Shown piece by piece: positions 6,747-14,574 of a stretch of DNA of 37,217 nucleotides (position 1 is the first letter of the stretch; every line of letters starts with the position of its first letter). The DNA lies in IMG/VR virus record IMGVR_UViG_3300017754_003015, positions 1 to 37,217 of that record, one strand, 5' to 3'. The DNA comes from a virus. Taxonomy: Duplodnaviria; Caudoviricetes. The position numbers were made by a program, and so were the translations under genes. The notes beneath the pieces were generated by a model that was not told the origin of the DNA, searched no databases, and saw only the letters and a program-made list of their open reading frames with translations.

Positions 6747-8924
6747 TTAGGTCTGTCTAAAAATAACATAATCAAAGCTTGATACGTCCGTTACAGCTGC
6801 TGCACCTAAATCTGTGTAAGAAGCTACTGTAAATGAAACACCAGCGTTAATTGTTGTTATTAATGATCCAAGAGCTGGGCTTGCGTTAAGAGCTGAACGT
6901 GTAACTATAATACGGTCACCAGCTGCAATATTTGTGTTATTAATAGTTACAGTTCCTGCAATCAAAGTTCCTTGACCAATAAAATCAGTTGCAGCGCCAC
7001 CATTCATATAGATTTGAGTAGCTACACTAGATAATTTTAAGTTTCCTGTAATATTTACTGCACCTGATCCGGCTAGAATATTTGTTGTGGATGTAGTGTT
7101 GCTAGATCCGATAGACACTGTTTGAGCGCCTGCACCTGTACCAATTTTGATAATATTTGCAGAAGTGGCAGAATCACCTGCAATATTGATAGTTTTAATA
7201 CCAGTATTGTTAGCGATGTTGATGGTTCTAGCTCCTGTTCCACCGTCAAATGTCATTGTACCCGTATTCACCCCTGTTCCTGAGAAGGAATAAGTAGTGG
7301 CTACGTCACCCTCTAAAGTGAAGTTACCAGTACCGGCTTTTAGAGCAAGTGAAGATGCTCCGTTATTAGAACCAATAGAAACAAGATTTGCTCCGGCTCC
7401 TGTGGCAATGGCTACAGTTTTACCACCAGTTGAGTTTGCGATATTGATAGTTTGAGCGCCTGTTCCTCCAGCAATAGTCATTGTGCCAGTGTTAGCACCA
7501 GTACCACCAAAATTGATGATTCCTGATGTTGTGGCAGGTGCAAAAGTGTAGGCTGTAGTTGCTGCACCATCTAAACTAAAGTTTCCTGTACCAGCTTTAA
7601 GAGTTAGAGCTGCTGCCCCAATAGTAGAACCGATTGTCACTAGGTTTGCGACCGCTCCATCGGCAATATGAACCACTTTAGCGTTAGTTGCGCCTGTTGC
7701 TATATTAATTGTGGTTGCCCCTTCACCAACTCCTAAAGCAAGGATATTTGTTCCAGAGCTAGATCCGACTGTGATGGTTCCTGTTTGGGCTGTACCACCG
7801 ACTGTGATTGTACCTGTTGTCATGCCAGTTCCAACGTTAACAGCTCCAGCAGTTTGAACGGCAGCAATAGATACGGTGGTTGCCCCTGTTCCTCCAGCAA
7901 TGATAAGAGCGTTTGTGCCAGAAGAAGAACCGAGAGTCATTGTACCTGTTTGAGCTGTACCCCCAATAGTGATTGTCCCTGTAGTTGTAGCGGCTCCTAC
8001 TGTATAGGTTGAAGCTGCGTTACCATTTAAAGAAAAGTTACCTGTCCCCACAAGAAGAGAAAGAGAAGCTGCACCTGATACCGTTCCTATAGTCACTAAG
8101 TTTTCCACTGCACCATTGGCGATATTAACCGCCTTGGCATTAGTTGCACCGCTAGCAATGTTAACAGTTGTTGCTCCCTCGCCTGCTCCAATTTCCACAA
8201 TATTCGTACCAGAAGAAGAACCTAGAGTAATTGTTCCTGTCTGAGCTGTTCCCCCAATTATAACCGTTCCTGTGGTAGTGGCAGCACCTATATTATAAAG
8301 AGAAGTAGCTGCACCGTTAACGACAAAGTTACCAGTACCCACATTGATTGCGACTGCCGCCGCTCCACCTGTATTTCCGATTGTGGTTACAATACCGCTT
8401 CCGTTACCGATTGTAGTAGTGTTATTAGATGTTAAAGTAGTAAATGCACCGGCAGCAGGTGTTGTTCCTCCTGTAGCTGGAGGAGCTGCAAAAACAGCTG
8501 CTAAGTTGGAAGGAGTTACAAATAAAGCTAGAGCAGGTGTAGAGGCTGTTCCTGCTACTGCTTCTGGATCTGTTGCTAATTGTCCAATACCTGCAACTGT
8601 TGTTGTTGAAACTGGAGCACCTGCAATGGCTAGAGCATCTGCATAAGCTTTTGTAGCTACTGGCTCACTATTATCTGTTAGAATTACTGTTCCATATGTT
8701 GTTGTTGTAGCAGGCTCTACGCCACCTACATCCCAGTTACCAGCTCCGCTTGTAGAGTAAATAATACCCGGATTAACAGAACCGTCCATCCATCTTGTGC
8801 CTGGATTAGCAATATCATTAGTTGTTGGCGCTCTGAGAGCTGTTATAAATTGTGGATAAACAAAGGCGTCGACCCCAGTCGCAAAAGGCGTTCCTTGGGC
8901 TAGATTGGTATAAGCTTGAGTCAT
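6747..8924 (-). CDS. Long tail fibre / beta-solenoid repeat protein
   Basis: 725 aa, Gly/Thr/Ala-rich; four GTGNF-initiated super-repeats built of ~11-residue units (GGTAQTGTIT, GSSSGTN). Confidence 0.8.
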   Translation of the reverse strand: MTQAYTNLAQGTPFATGVDAFVYPQFITALRAPTTNDIANPGTRWMDGSVNPGIIYSTSGAGNWDVGGVEPATTTTYGTVILTDNSEPVATKAYADALAIAGAPVSTTTVAGIGQLATDPEAVAGTASTPALALFVTPSNLAAVFAAPPATGGTTPAAGAFTTLTSNNTTTIGNGSGIVTTIGNTGGAAAVAINVGTGNFVVNGAATSLYNIGAATTTGTVIIGGTAQTGTITLGSSSGTNIVEIGAGEGATTVNIASGATNAKAVNIANGAVENLVTIGTVSGAASLSLLVGTGNFSLNGNAASTYTVGAATTTGTITIGGTAQTGTMTLGSSSGTNALIIAGGTGATTVSIAAVQTAGAVNVGTGMTTGTITVGGTAQTGTITVGSSSGTNILALGVGEGATTINIATGATNAKVVHIADGAVANLVTIGSTIGAAALTLKAGTGNFSLDGAATTAYTFAPATTSGIINFGGTGANTGTMTIAGGTGAQTINIANSTGGKTVAIATGAGANLVSIGSNNGASSLALKAGTGNFTLEGDVATTYSFSGTGVNTGTMTFDGGTGARTINIANNTGIKTINIAGDSATSANIIKIGTGAGAQTVSIGSSNTTSTTNILAGSGAVNITGNLKLSSVATQIYMNGGAATDFIGQGTLIAGTVTINNTNIAAGDRIIVTRSALNASPALGSLITTINAGVSFTVASYTDLGAAAVTDVSSFDYVIFRQT

Positions 8925-8964
8925 AAAAAATTATCTCCATGGATGTTTATAAGAATGATTTTTT

Positions 8965-9005
8965 ACGGTGGCGAATCCCGTTACAGCCACAGAGTGCGAC
9001 CCTGT
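8965..9005 (-). ncRNA. Structured 5' leader: hairpin-UGGCUGUA-hairpin
   Basis: Minus-strand ACAGGG-UCGCA-CUCUGU, linker GGCUGUA, ACGG-GAUUCGCCA-CCGU; same layout upstream of the capsid gene. Confidence 0.6.
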
Positions 9006-9084
9006 TGTTTACGCTAAATTGAGATTACCAATTAAAGATTTTAGTTGCTATAAAAATAAAGTAATTTTTCGTATTTATAGAGAA

Positions 9085-9109
9085 TGTGACATGTGTTATA
9101 ATTTGGACA
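9085..9109 (+). promoter_or_regulatory. Extended -10 promoter with the shared motif
   Basis: TGtTATAAT; 9089-9109 matches 2241-2261 at 18 of 21 positions. Confidence 0.65.
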
Positions 9110-9127
9110 TACAAAGAGAGGTAAATA

Positions 9128-9370
9128 ATGGAAAATTTACATGAATATACAGCAATCATAACAATTATCGGGGTCTTTATTGCTAATGCTGCTTTAATAC
9201 TTCCTTTATGGTTATGGAATAGATCAGAGTCTAGGGCTGATGTAAGGAATATTGATTCTAAAATAGAGTCAAATAGACAAGAAACAAATGCTATTTTACA
9301 AGCCATTCGTGACGATATCAAAGATTTCCATGGAAGATTGTGTGCTATAGAGGAAAGGAATAGAAAATGA
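9128..9370 (+). CDS. Membrane-anchored coiled-coil protein, KDFHGRLC paralogue 1
   Basis: N-terminal hydrophobic helix, WNRSESRAD, C-terminal KDFHGRLCAIEE; GAGG RBS. Confidence 0.85.
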   Translation: MENLHEYTAIITIIGVFIANAALILPLWLWNRSESRADVRNIDSKIESNRQETNAILQAIRDDIKDFHGRLCAIEERNRK

Positions 9371-9516
9371 TAAAATATATACTATTATTATTGATTGTTA
9401 TAACTTTGGAATTTTCTTATATAATGGATCTTAGAGAGCATTGTGAGTTTTTACACAAAAGATGTGAAGAATCTAATAATAGATATTGGGATCACATTAT
9501 GAATATGAAAGTTTAA
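9367..9516 (+). CDS. 49-aa membrane-anchored protein (not in ORF track)
   Basis: MIKYILLLLIVITLEFSYIMDLREHCEFLHKRCEESNNRYWDHIMNMKV; ATGA overlap with the upstream stop. Confidence 0.6.
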   Translation: MIKYILLLLIVITLEFSYIMDLREHCEFLHKRCEESNNRYWDHIMNMKV

Positions 9517-9535
9517 TACAATAAGGAGGTAAAAA

Positions 9536-9832
9536 ATGAAAAAAATAACTCACCAACAGGTTGTAGATTATATAGAAGAAAATTACGATGAATTTTTTGC
9601 TTTAGCTTTACAAAAAGAAATAAGCAACGTTCTTTTCCCAGATCAATCAAAAGAAGAAAAGGAAAAGTATAGAGAAGAAGTTCTTTACGTTGTATCAGAT
9701 GCAATCCAGCATGGAGTAAAAAGTTACTTAGAAGAAAACAATGATTCAATAAATAGAATGTTATGCGAAGAGGTTTTAAGTAAATTTTCTAAAACAAAAC
9801 TACAATTATCTTTTCACAGTAATACGAACTAA
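9536..9832 (+). CDS. Hypothetical helical protein
   Basis: 98 aa; AAGGAGGT RBS. Confidence 0.75.
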   Translation: MKKITHQQVVDYIEENYDEFFALALQKEISNVLFPDQSKEEKEKYREEVLYVVSDAIQHGVKSYLEENNDSINRMLCEEVLSKFSKTKLQLSFHSNTN

Positions 9833-9898
9833 AAATTTAAAAAAGGAGCGAGGTTTCCTCCCTGAGATGAAGATCAGGGTATCCACCTCGTCAATAAG

Positions 9899-10312
9899 AT
9901 GAATAATTTATATGAAACAGACTGCTGTGCATGGGTAGAGGTACAGACTGAACTTTTAAAGAAAGGTTACTTTGACAAGCTAGATATAGAAAACATAATA
10001 GAGGAGTTGATTTCTGTGGGTAATTCTGAGAGAAACAAACTGGTAAGTCACTTAGTGATTTTAATGCTACATATGCTAAAGATAAAGTATCAGCCTGTTA
10101 TGCACACTAGGTCATGGGATTTGTCTATAAAAAATGCTAGAAAACAAGCCATGGATACAATACAAGATAATCCAAGTTTAAAATCCAGTTTACATGCATT
10201 AATTAAAAGGGCTTATTCTTATGCAAGGTTAGAAGCTGCAAAAGAAACAGGCCAAGAAGAAGAAACATTTCCTGAGGTATGCCCATGGACTGTAGAGGAA
10301 ATTTTATCATGA
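9899..10312 (+). CDS. DUF29 family protein
   Basis: LYETD..AW...Q..LL, LDIENIIEEL..VG.SE, LHMLK..YQP...RSW..SI, NPSLK, ETG....FP..CPW. Confidence 0.9.
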   Translation: MNNLYETDCCAWVEVQTELLKKGYFDKLDIENIIEELISVGNSERNKLVSHLVILMLHMLKIKYQPVMHTRSWDLSIKNARKQAMDTIQDNPSLKSSLHALIKRAYSYARLEAAKETGQEEETFPEVCPWTVEEILS

Positions 10313-10500
10313 AAATATTTTTACTTTGTCTTTTATTTATTTCTTCTTTTTGTTGGTATATGTACACAGAAAATTTACATTCTGTAAATAAATCATTTAG
10401 AGATAGCGCTGATTTTTGGAGAAGAGAATGTAAGAAATTAGAAAAAATTAACTCATCCTCTGGTATTGATAACCACCATTCTTTATCAAAGCTGCCATAG
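10309..10500 (+). CDS. Small membrane-anchored protein
   Basis: Start MKIFLLCLLFISSFCWY overlaps the DUF29 stop (ATGA). Confidence 0.5.
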   Translation: MKIFLLCLLFISSFCWYMYTENLHSVNKSFRDSADFWRRECKKLEKINSSSGIDNHHSLSKLP

Positions 10501-11005
10501 CAGCTCCATGAGAGGGAGTGGAACCTTTTTTCCAAGTGTGCCAGGCGTTCGAGCCAGACGTTTTCGGCCCGACGGCTCCTCTACTAAACACGTTGAATAT
10601 AAAGTCAGGCACTCCCTCATAACGGTACACTGGCCCATTCTGTTGCGGGTATTTACCTTGGAACTTAACAAATAACCTTTGACTTTCTGGGTCATAACGA
10701 AATGCGTTTATATTACTCGAATCGTGAGGAGCTGGCTGTAATGGTGGTATATTACCGCCTGTTGGTGGCGCTCCTCCTCCACCTTCACCCTGTGTGGTTA
10801 CTTGTTCCGATACTTGAGCTTGCTCTTGTTCTATGGCGTTTATATTGCCTTCTTCTGCTCTTAACTCTGTAATTCTTTTAGTAACGTGTTGAATTACTTG
10901 CATTAGTCCAGATTTTATCTCATCACTCAATGGTTGATTACGTATGGAAACCATCTTCATAATTTCCCTGAGAGCATTCTTAAGCTGTTCTATTTTATCA
11001 TTCAT
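10448..11005 (-). CDS. KTSC-domain protein with N-terminal helical region
   Basis: SSNINAFRYDPESQRLFVKF...VYRYEGVP..IF matches the KTSC pattern. Confidence 0.75.
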   Translation of the reverse strand: MNDKIEQLKNALREIMKMVSIRNQPLSDEIKSGLMQVIQHVTKRITELRAEEGNINAIEQEQAQVSEQVTTQGEGGGGAPPTGGNIPPLQPAPHDSSNINAFRYDPESQRLFVKFQGKYPQQNGPVYRYEGVPDFIFNVFSRGAVGPKTSGSNAWHTWKKGSTPSHGAAMAALIKNGGYQYQRMS

Positions 11006-11006
11006 A

Positions 11007-11639
11007 TTATAAAGTTAACGCCTTTTGAAAAGCTGCAAATAACTCTTCATCCCCACCTTGTCCACCACCTTGTTGTGGTTGCTGCTGTTGTCCTTGATCT
11101 TGTGGTTGCTCTTTTAATGCCCCACCGTAAATGCTTTGTAATATGTTAGACCATGGCGTTTTGTGATCATTCTGTAACTTCTCTATTATCTGTGAAAACT
11201 TGGGGTTATTCTGTGCTAATGCACCCGCTTGTATTAGAGGCCTACCCTTACGCACTTCTTGATCAATAAATTGGTGAAGTTCAGGGGAATATTGTTCTAT
11301 GATATTCCGGTTTTCTTTTGGTTGTTCTTTTTTTATTCTATTATATTTTGCTTTAGGTTGTTTTTGCTCTGTTTCCCCTTTAATACCATTCTCTATTTTA
11401 TCCTTTAAAAAACCTCTAACTTCCTCTTCATCGTACCCTTCATCCGTTGCTTGTTTAAAGAATTTACCCCATCTAGGATCAACTTTATTTAATCCAGACA
11501 AAGCTAATTTCATGGGAACATAATTATTTAAGAAAGGCATCACTCTAGAAACAGCCATAGAGGCTGCCCCACTTAATGTTTTCATAGGCCTTTCTTGAGC
11601 TTGTGTTATTGCATTAGATGCTTTTTGGTATGGTTGCAT
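11007..11639 (-). CDS. Hypothetical protein, probable internal virion protein
   Basis: 210 aa; tightly packed with the ejection-like genes; Gln/Gly tail. Confidence 0.55.
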   Translation of the reverse strand: MQPYQKASNAITQAQERPMKTLSGAASMAVSRVMPFLNNYVPMKLALSGLNKVDPRWGKFFKQATDEGYDEEEVRGFLKDKIENGIKGETEQKQPKAKYNRIKKEQPKENRNIIEQYSPELHQFIDQEVRKGRPLIQAGALAQNNPKFSQIIEKLQNDHKTPWSNILQSIYGGALKEQPQDQGQQQQPQQGGGQGGDEELFAAFQKALTL

Positions 11640-11640
11640 G

Positions 11641-12984
11641 TTATTTTCCCCATATATTTAATATAATATCATTCAAACGAGAGTAAGGAGCATCGGTTTT
11701 ATCAAGTTGCTCTTGTTGATCGGGTGTTAGTTTGTTTTTTATTTTTTTAAATCTATCTAACACCATTTCCATATCATAATTTTTTTGTTCTAATTCGTGC
11801 ATAATAGCTAATGGGCTTGATTTTGAAGTCATTAATGGTATGATTTCATTCATTGCTCTTCGAGTTTCTAATTTTCTTTTTTCACCTGAGAATGAATTTG
11901 ATGGTAAATTTCCAAGCATAGGGACAGCATTATTTGGTAATGATTTTAATTTTTGAACTACACTATTTAACTTAGGCTCCCTATCAAGTGGTTCAGCAAA
12001 AGAGTACGATTTTCCCCAGCTTAAACCCTTATCACCTACAAGTAACTGTGCAAAATTTTTTGTTGTATCTTCTGCTTCAAATTGTGGCTGTAACGCTTTT
12101 ATATTATCGATAACTTTTCTTGTGCCTTGAGGTGTATAGAAAGGAAGCCCCCAGTTAGGAATAGCGTTAAGATTGGAATATCTTTCATTAGCTTTTTTTA
12201 TTTTTTTACTCATGTCAGCTATAATTGATTGTTCACTTTCTCCACCATTTTTAAATCTATCAATTGCTTCATCTTCTAATGTCTGTCTAAAGTCTTCTGG
12301 GAAGTTTGCATTGTTTTGTGTTAGTTTATCTTTTAAAAAACCTTTTATAGTTTTTTCTTCCTCTCTTTGAGTACCTAATACATTATGGACAGCTGCTGCT
12401 TGTTGTGATTTAAGTTGTTGTTCTTCTTTATATTCATTAATTGCATTAGTTATATCATGTCCATACTCTGCTTCATGTCCTTTATATCTTTTTGCACCTT
12501 CTCTTTTTATCTCATTAATATCTGCTGTGGGGATAAATCCCTTTAGATTTCTTTGTATCAATTCTGGATCTACAACGCTTGGATTTTTACTTTTTTCAGG
12601 AGAGTTTTTTTGTTGATTCTCTGCTCCTTGAATAACTGATTTGTTGTACTCTTCTTTTTTTTGTTGTTCTGCATTTTGCGCTTGCTGTTCTGATTCATAT
12701 CTTTTTCCAATCGCATTATTTTGCATTTCCCTCTCAGATAATCTACCCAACGTTTGAACAAGTTGAGGGTTTTCAGCTATGGCATAATTACTATTTATAC
12801 GTAAGTTTCTTTGCATCGGCGTCATCTGGCTCATATCTTCTTCACTAAGCTTCTTTAAGCCTGCTGATTGTACCCCCCTATCAATCTCTTTATCTAAACC
12901 TTCAGTTAATCCTTTACCTAAAGCAGAACCAAGTCTACCAAAAATATTTGCATTCTTTATTTTCTGTGCCATTATCCACCCCAC
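11641..12984 (-). CDS. Putative DNA ejection / internal virion protein
   Basis: Helical, with IFGRLGSALGKGLTEG N-terminus typical of podoviral ejection proteins; true start may be the second Met (MAQKIK). Confidence 0.55.
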   Translation of the reverse strand: MGWIMAQKIKNANIFGRLGSALGKGLTEGLDKEIDRGVQSAGLKKLSEEDMSQMTPMQRNLRINSNYAIAENPQLVQTLGRLSEREMQNNAIGKRYESEQQAQNAEQQKKEEYNKSVIQGAENQQKNSPEKSKNPSVVDPELIQRNLKGFIPTADINEIKREGAKRYKGHEAEYGHDITNAINEYKEEQQLKSQQAAAVHNVLGTQREEEKTIKGFLKDKLTQNNANFPEDFRQTLEDEAIDRFKNGGESEQSIIADMSKKIKKANERYSNLNAIPNWGLPFYTPQGTRKVIDNIKALQPQFEAEDTTKNFAQLLVGDKGLSWGKSYSFAEPLDREPKLNSVVQKLKSLPNNAVPMLGNLPSNSFSGEKRKLETRRAMNEIIPLMTSKSSPLAIMHELEQKNYDMEMVLDRFKKIKNKLTPDQQEQLDKTDAPYSRLNDIILNIWGK

Positions 12985-13535
12985 ATATTAGTTAACCAAT
13001 TACCTGTCGCTTTTCCAACACCTTTTTTAAGTCCTGTTCCAACTGCTTCTATAGCTGATGGAATTAAACCAGGTGATCCAGCTTGAGTTTCCATATTCTG
13101 ACTAAAATTACCGAGTCCTGCCTGTCCTATACCCTGTAACCCTTGAGCGCCTTGCTGTCTTAATTGCGCACGCAATGCACCTAATCTTTCTGATAGGTCA
13201 GTTGCTCCTTGCATTTGAGCATTTCTAAAACCAGAACTTGATAAACCACCAGCACCCATACCAGCAAATTGTTCCGACAATCCAGGTACAATATCTTCGT
13301 TATATTGTCTAATCATTGGATTAGAGAAAGCTTGATAGTCTGCGCTATTATCGCTTAATAAATTACGGTAATAGTCTGCTGTATCTCCAAAAGCTCCTCC
13401 AGCGCCTTTACCTTTACCAGATCCAATTAACTGATTATAGATATCCTCTTGCTCTGGTCTAAGAGTAGAGACATTATCTCTTTTGGCATTTGTACCAGTT
13501 AGAAAATTACCTATTGATTTAAAAAAATTAGCCAT
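12972..13535 (-). CDS. Putative DNA pilot / ejection protein
   Basis: Gly/Gln/Ala-rich; EQFAGMGAGGLSSSG motif; located after the tail genes. Confidence 0.6.
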   Translation of the reverse strand: MANFFKSIGNFLTGTNAKRDNVSTLRPEQEDIYNQLIGSGKGKGAGGAFGDTADYYRNLLSDNSADYQAFSNPMIRQYNEDIVPGLSEQFAGMGAGGLSSSGFRNAQMQGATDLSERLGALRAQLRQQGAQGLQGIGQAGLGNFSQNMETQAGSPGLIPSAIEAVGTGLKKGVGKATGNWLTNMWGG

Positions 13536-13536
13536 C

Positions 13537-14007
13537 TTAAAGCTCCTCTATGTATTCTATAACCGCATATGCTCTGGTATAAGCTGCTGCTACAGTAATG
13601 ATTATATTTGTGGCATCATAGCTTATCGTGTCTGCTCCATTAGGTATCGGCTCACCCGTAAAGGCTACTGCATCAGTTGCTGCACCAAACAATTGTATTA
13701 ACGTAAAATTCGCATTAACTGTTAGACCATGTGCCTGTGTATTGACCCCAGCTACAAGACCCGGAAACACTATTACCTTACGCAATATAGAGCGAAACTG
13801 TTGAGATGTACCACCTGTATTTTTACCCGGGATAAATGCTTTACCGCTTAATAACTCCTCATCTAAAAACCATCCAATTTCTCTTATATTTACAGCGTTA
13901 GTTATTTTCCTTAGTTGTTCCACAATAAAGGGTCTAGCATCCTCCCATTTCTCTGGTACTGCGTCATATACTGGTACGTAACTTTCAAAATCTTGACTGC
14001 TATTCAT
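13537..14007 (-). CDS. Putative tail structural protein
   Basis: 156 aa, in the tail operon. Confidence 0.55.
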   Translation of the reverse strand: MNSSQDFESYVPVYDAVPEKWEDARPFIVEQLRKITNAVNIREIGWFLDEELLSGKAFIPGKNTGGTSQQFRSILRKVIVFPGLVAGVNTQAHGLTVNANFTLIQLFGAATDAVAFTGEPIPNGADTISYDATNIIITVAAAYTRAYAVIEYIEEL

Positions 14008-14565
14008 TTATACCCCTATTGCAACCCAATAAAATGGAGTTCCACCTTTATAATCAAATTTTGATTTTGTTATTGCGTCAACAGATGTTTGGTTAGAAGC
14101 TGCACCAGAAGTAATAATCTGAGTAAATACAGCAAAACAGCTTGTTTGAAAGGCTATATTTGATGTAGCAAATGTAACAGTTCCCCCACCTCCTGGAGTT
14201 AAAATAACGCCCCACTGACACAATATGCCTGAAAAATAACCAAAACCATTTGTGGATGCTTTGTTACCTGTTATTTGTTCACCATCACCAACGGTATTGG
14301 GTGATTTATAATAAAGCTGATGATCTCCACCAGACGGAGCATAACCGGGAAATGAATATATAGTTCCTGAAGTTGTGTCATCTGCTGGTTGATCCAATTG
14401 GTTTAATAGACTAACAATTGTGTGCTTACCGTTATTTGTAGGCTCAGAAAATAAAACATGGTTAACACCAAAAGATGTGTCTAGCTGCTGAAAGTTATTT
14501 TGTAGATTTTGGTAGTCTACATTTAAAGGAACCGAGCCAGTAGGCACCGCTGGATTATACGACAT
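14008..14565 (-). CDS. Tail fibre-like protein with gp53-like C-terminal domain
   Basis: GILCQWG...TVTF...AFQTSCFAV...YWVAIG. Confidence 0.7.
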   Translation of the reverse strand: MSYNPAVPTGSVPLNVDYQNLQNNFQQLDTSFGVNHVLFSEPTNNGKHTIVSLLNQLDQPADDTTSGTIYSFPGYAPSGGDHQLYYKSPNTVGDGEQITGNKASTNGFGYFSGILCQWGVILTPGGGGTVTFATSNIAFQTSCFAVFTQIITSGAASNQTSVDAITKSKFDYKGGTPFYWVAIGV

Positions 14566-14574
14566 TCTTATCTC

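Noticed and set aside
4506-8924. Invertible tail-fibre cassette driven by the serine recombinase
   Set aside because: No flanking inverted repeats or reversed alternative fibre ends were seen, and the recombinase is over 20 kb away in the window.
6747-8924. Diversity-generating retroelement target
   Set aside because: No reverse transcriptase and no adenine-specific TR/VR pair; the repeats are internal protein repeats.
9025-9321. Minus-strand ORFs 9025..9321 and 26476..26685 that resemble each other
   Set aside because: They are antisense shadows of KDFHGRLC paralogues 1 and 2, which have the RBS and promoter.
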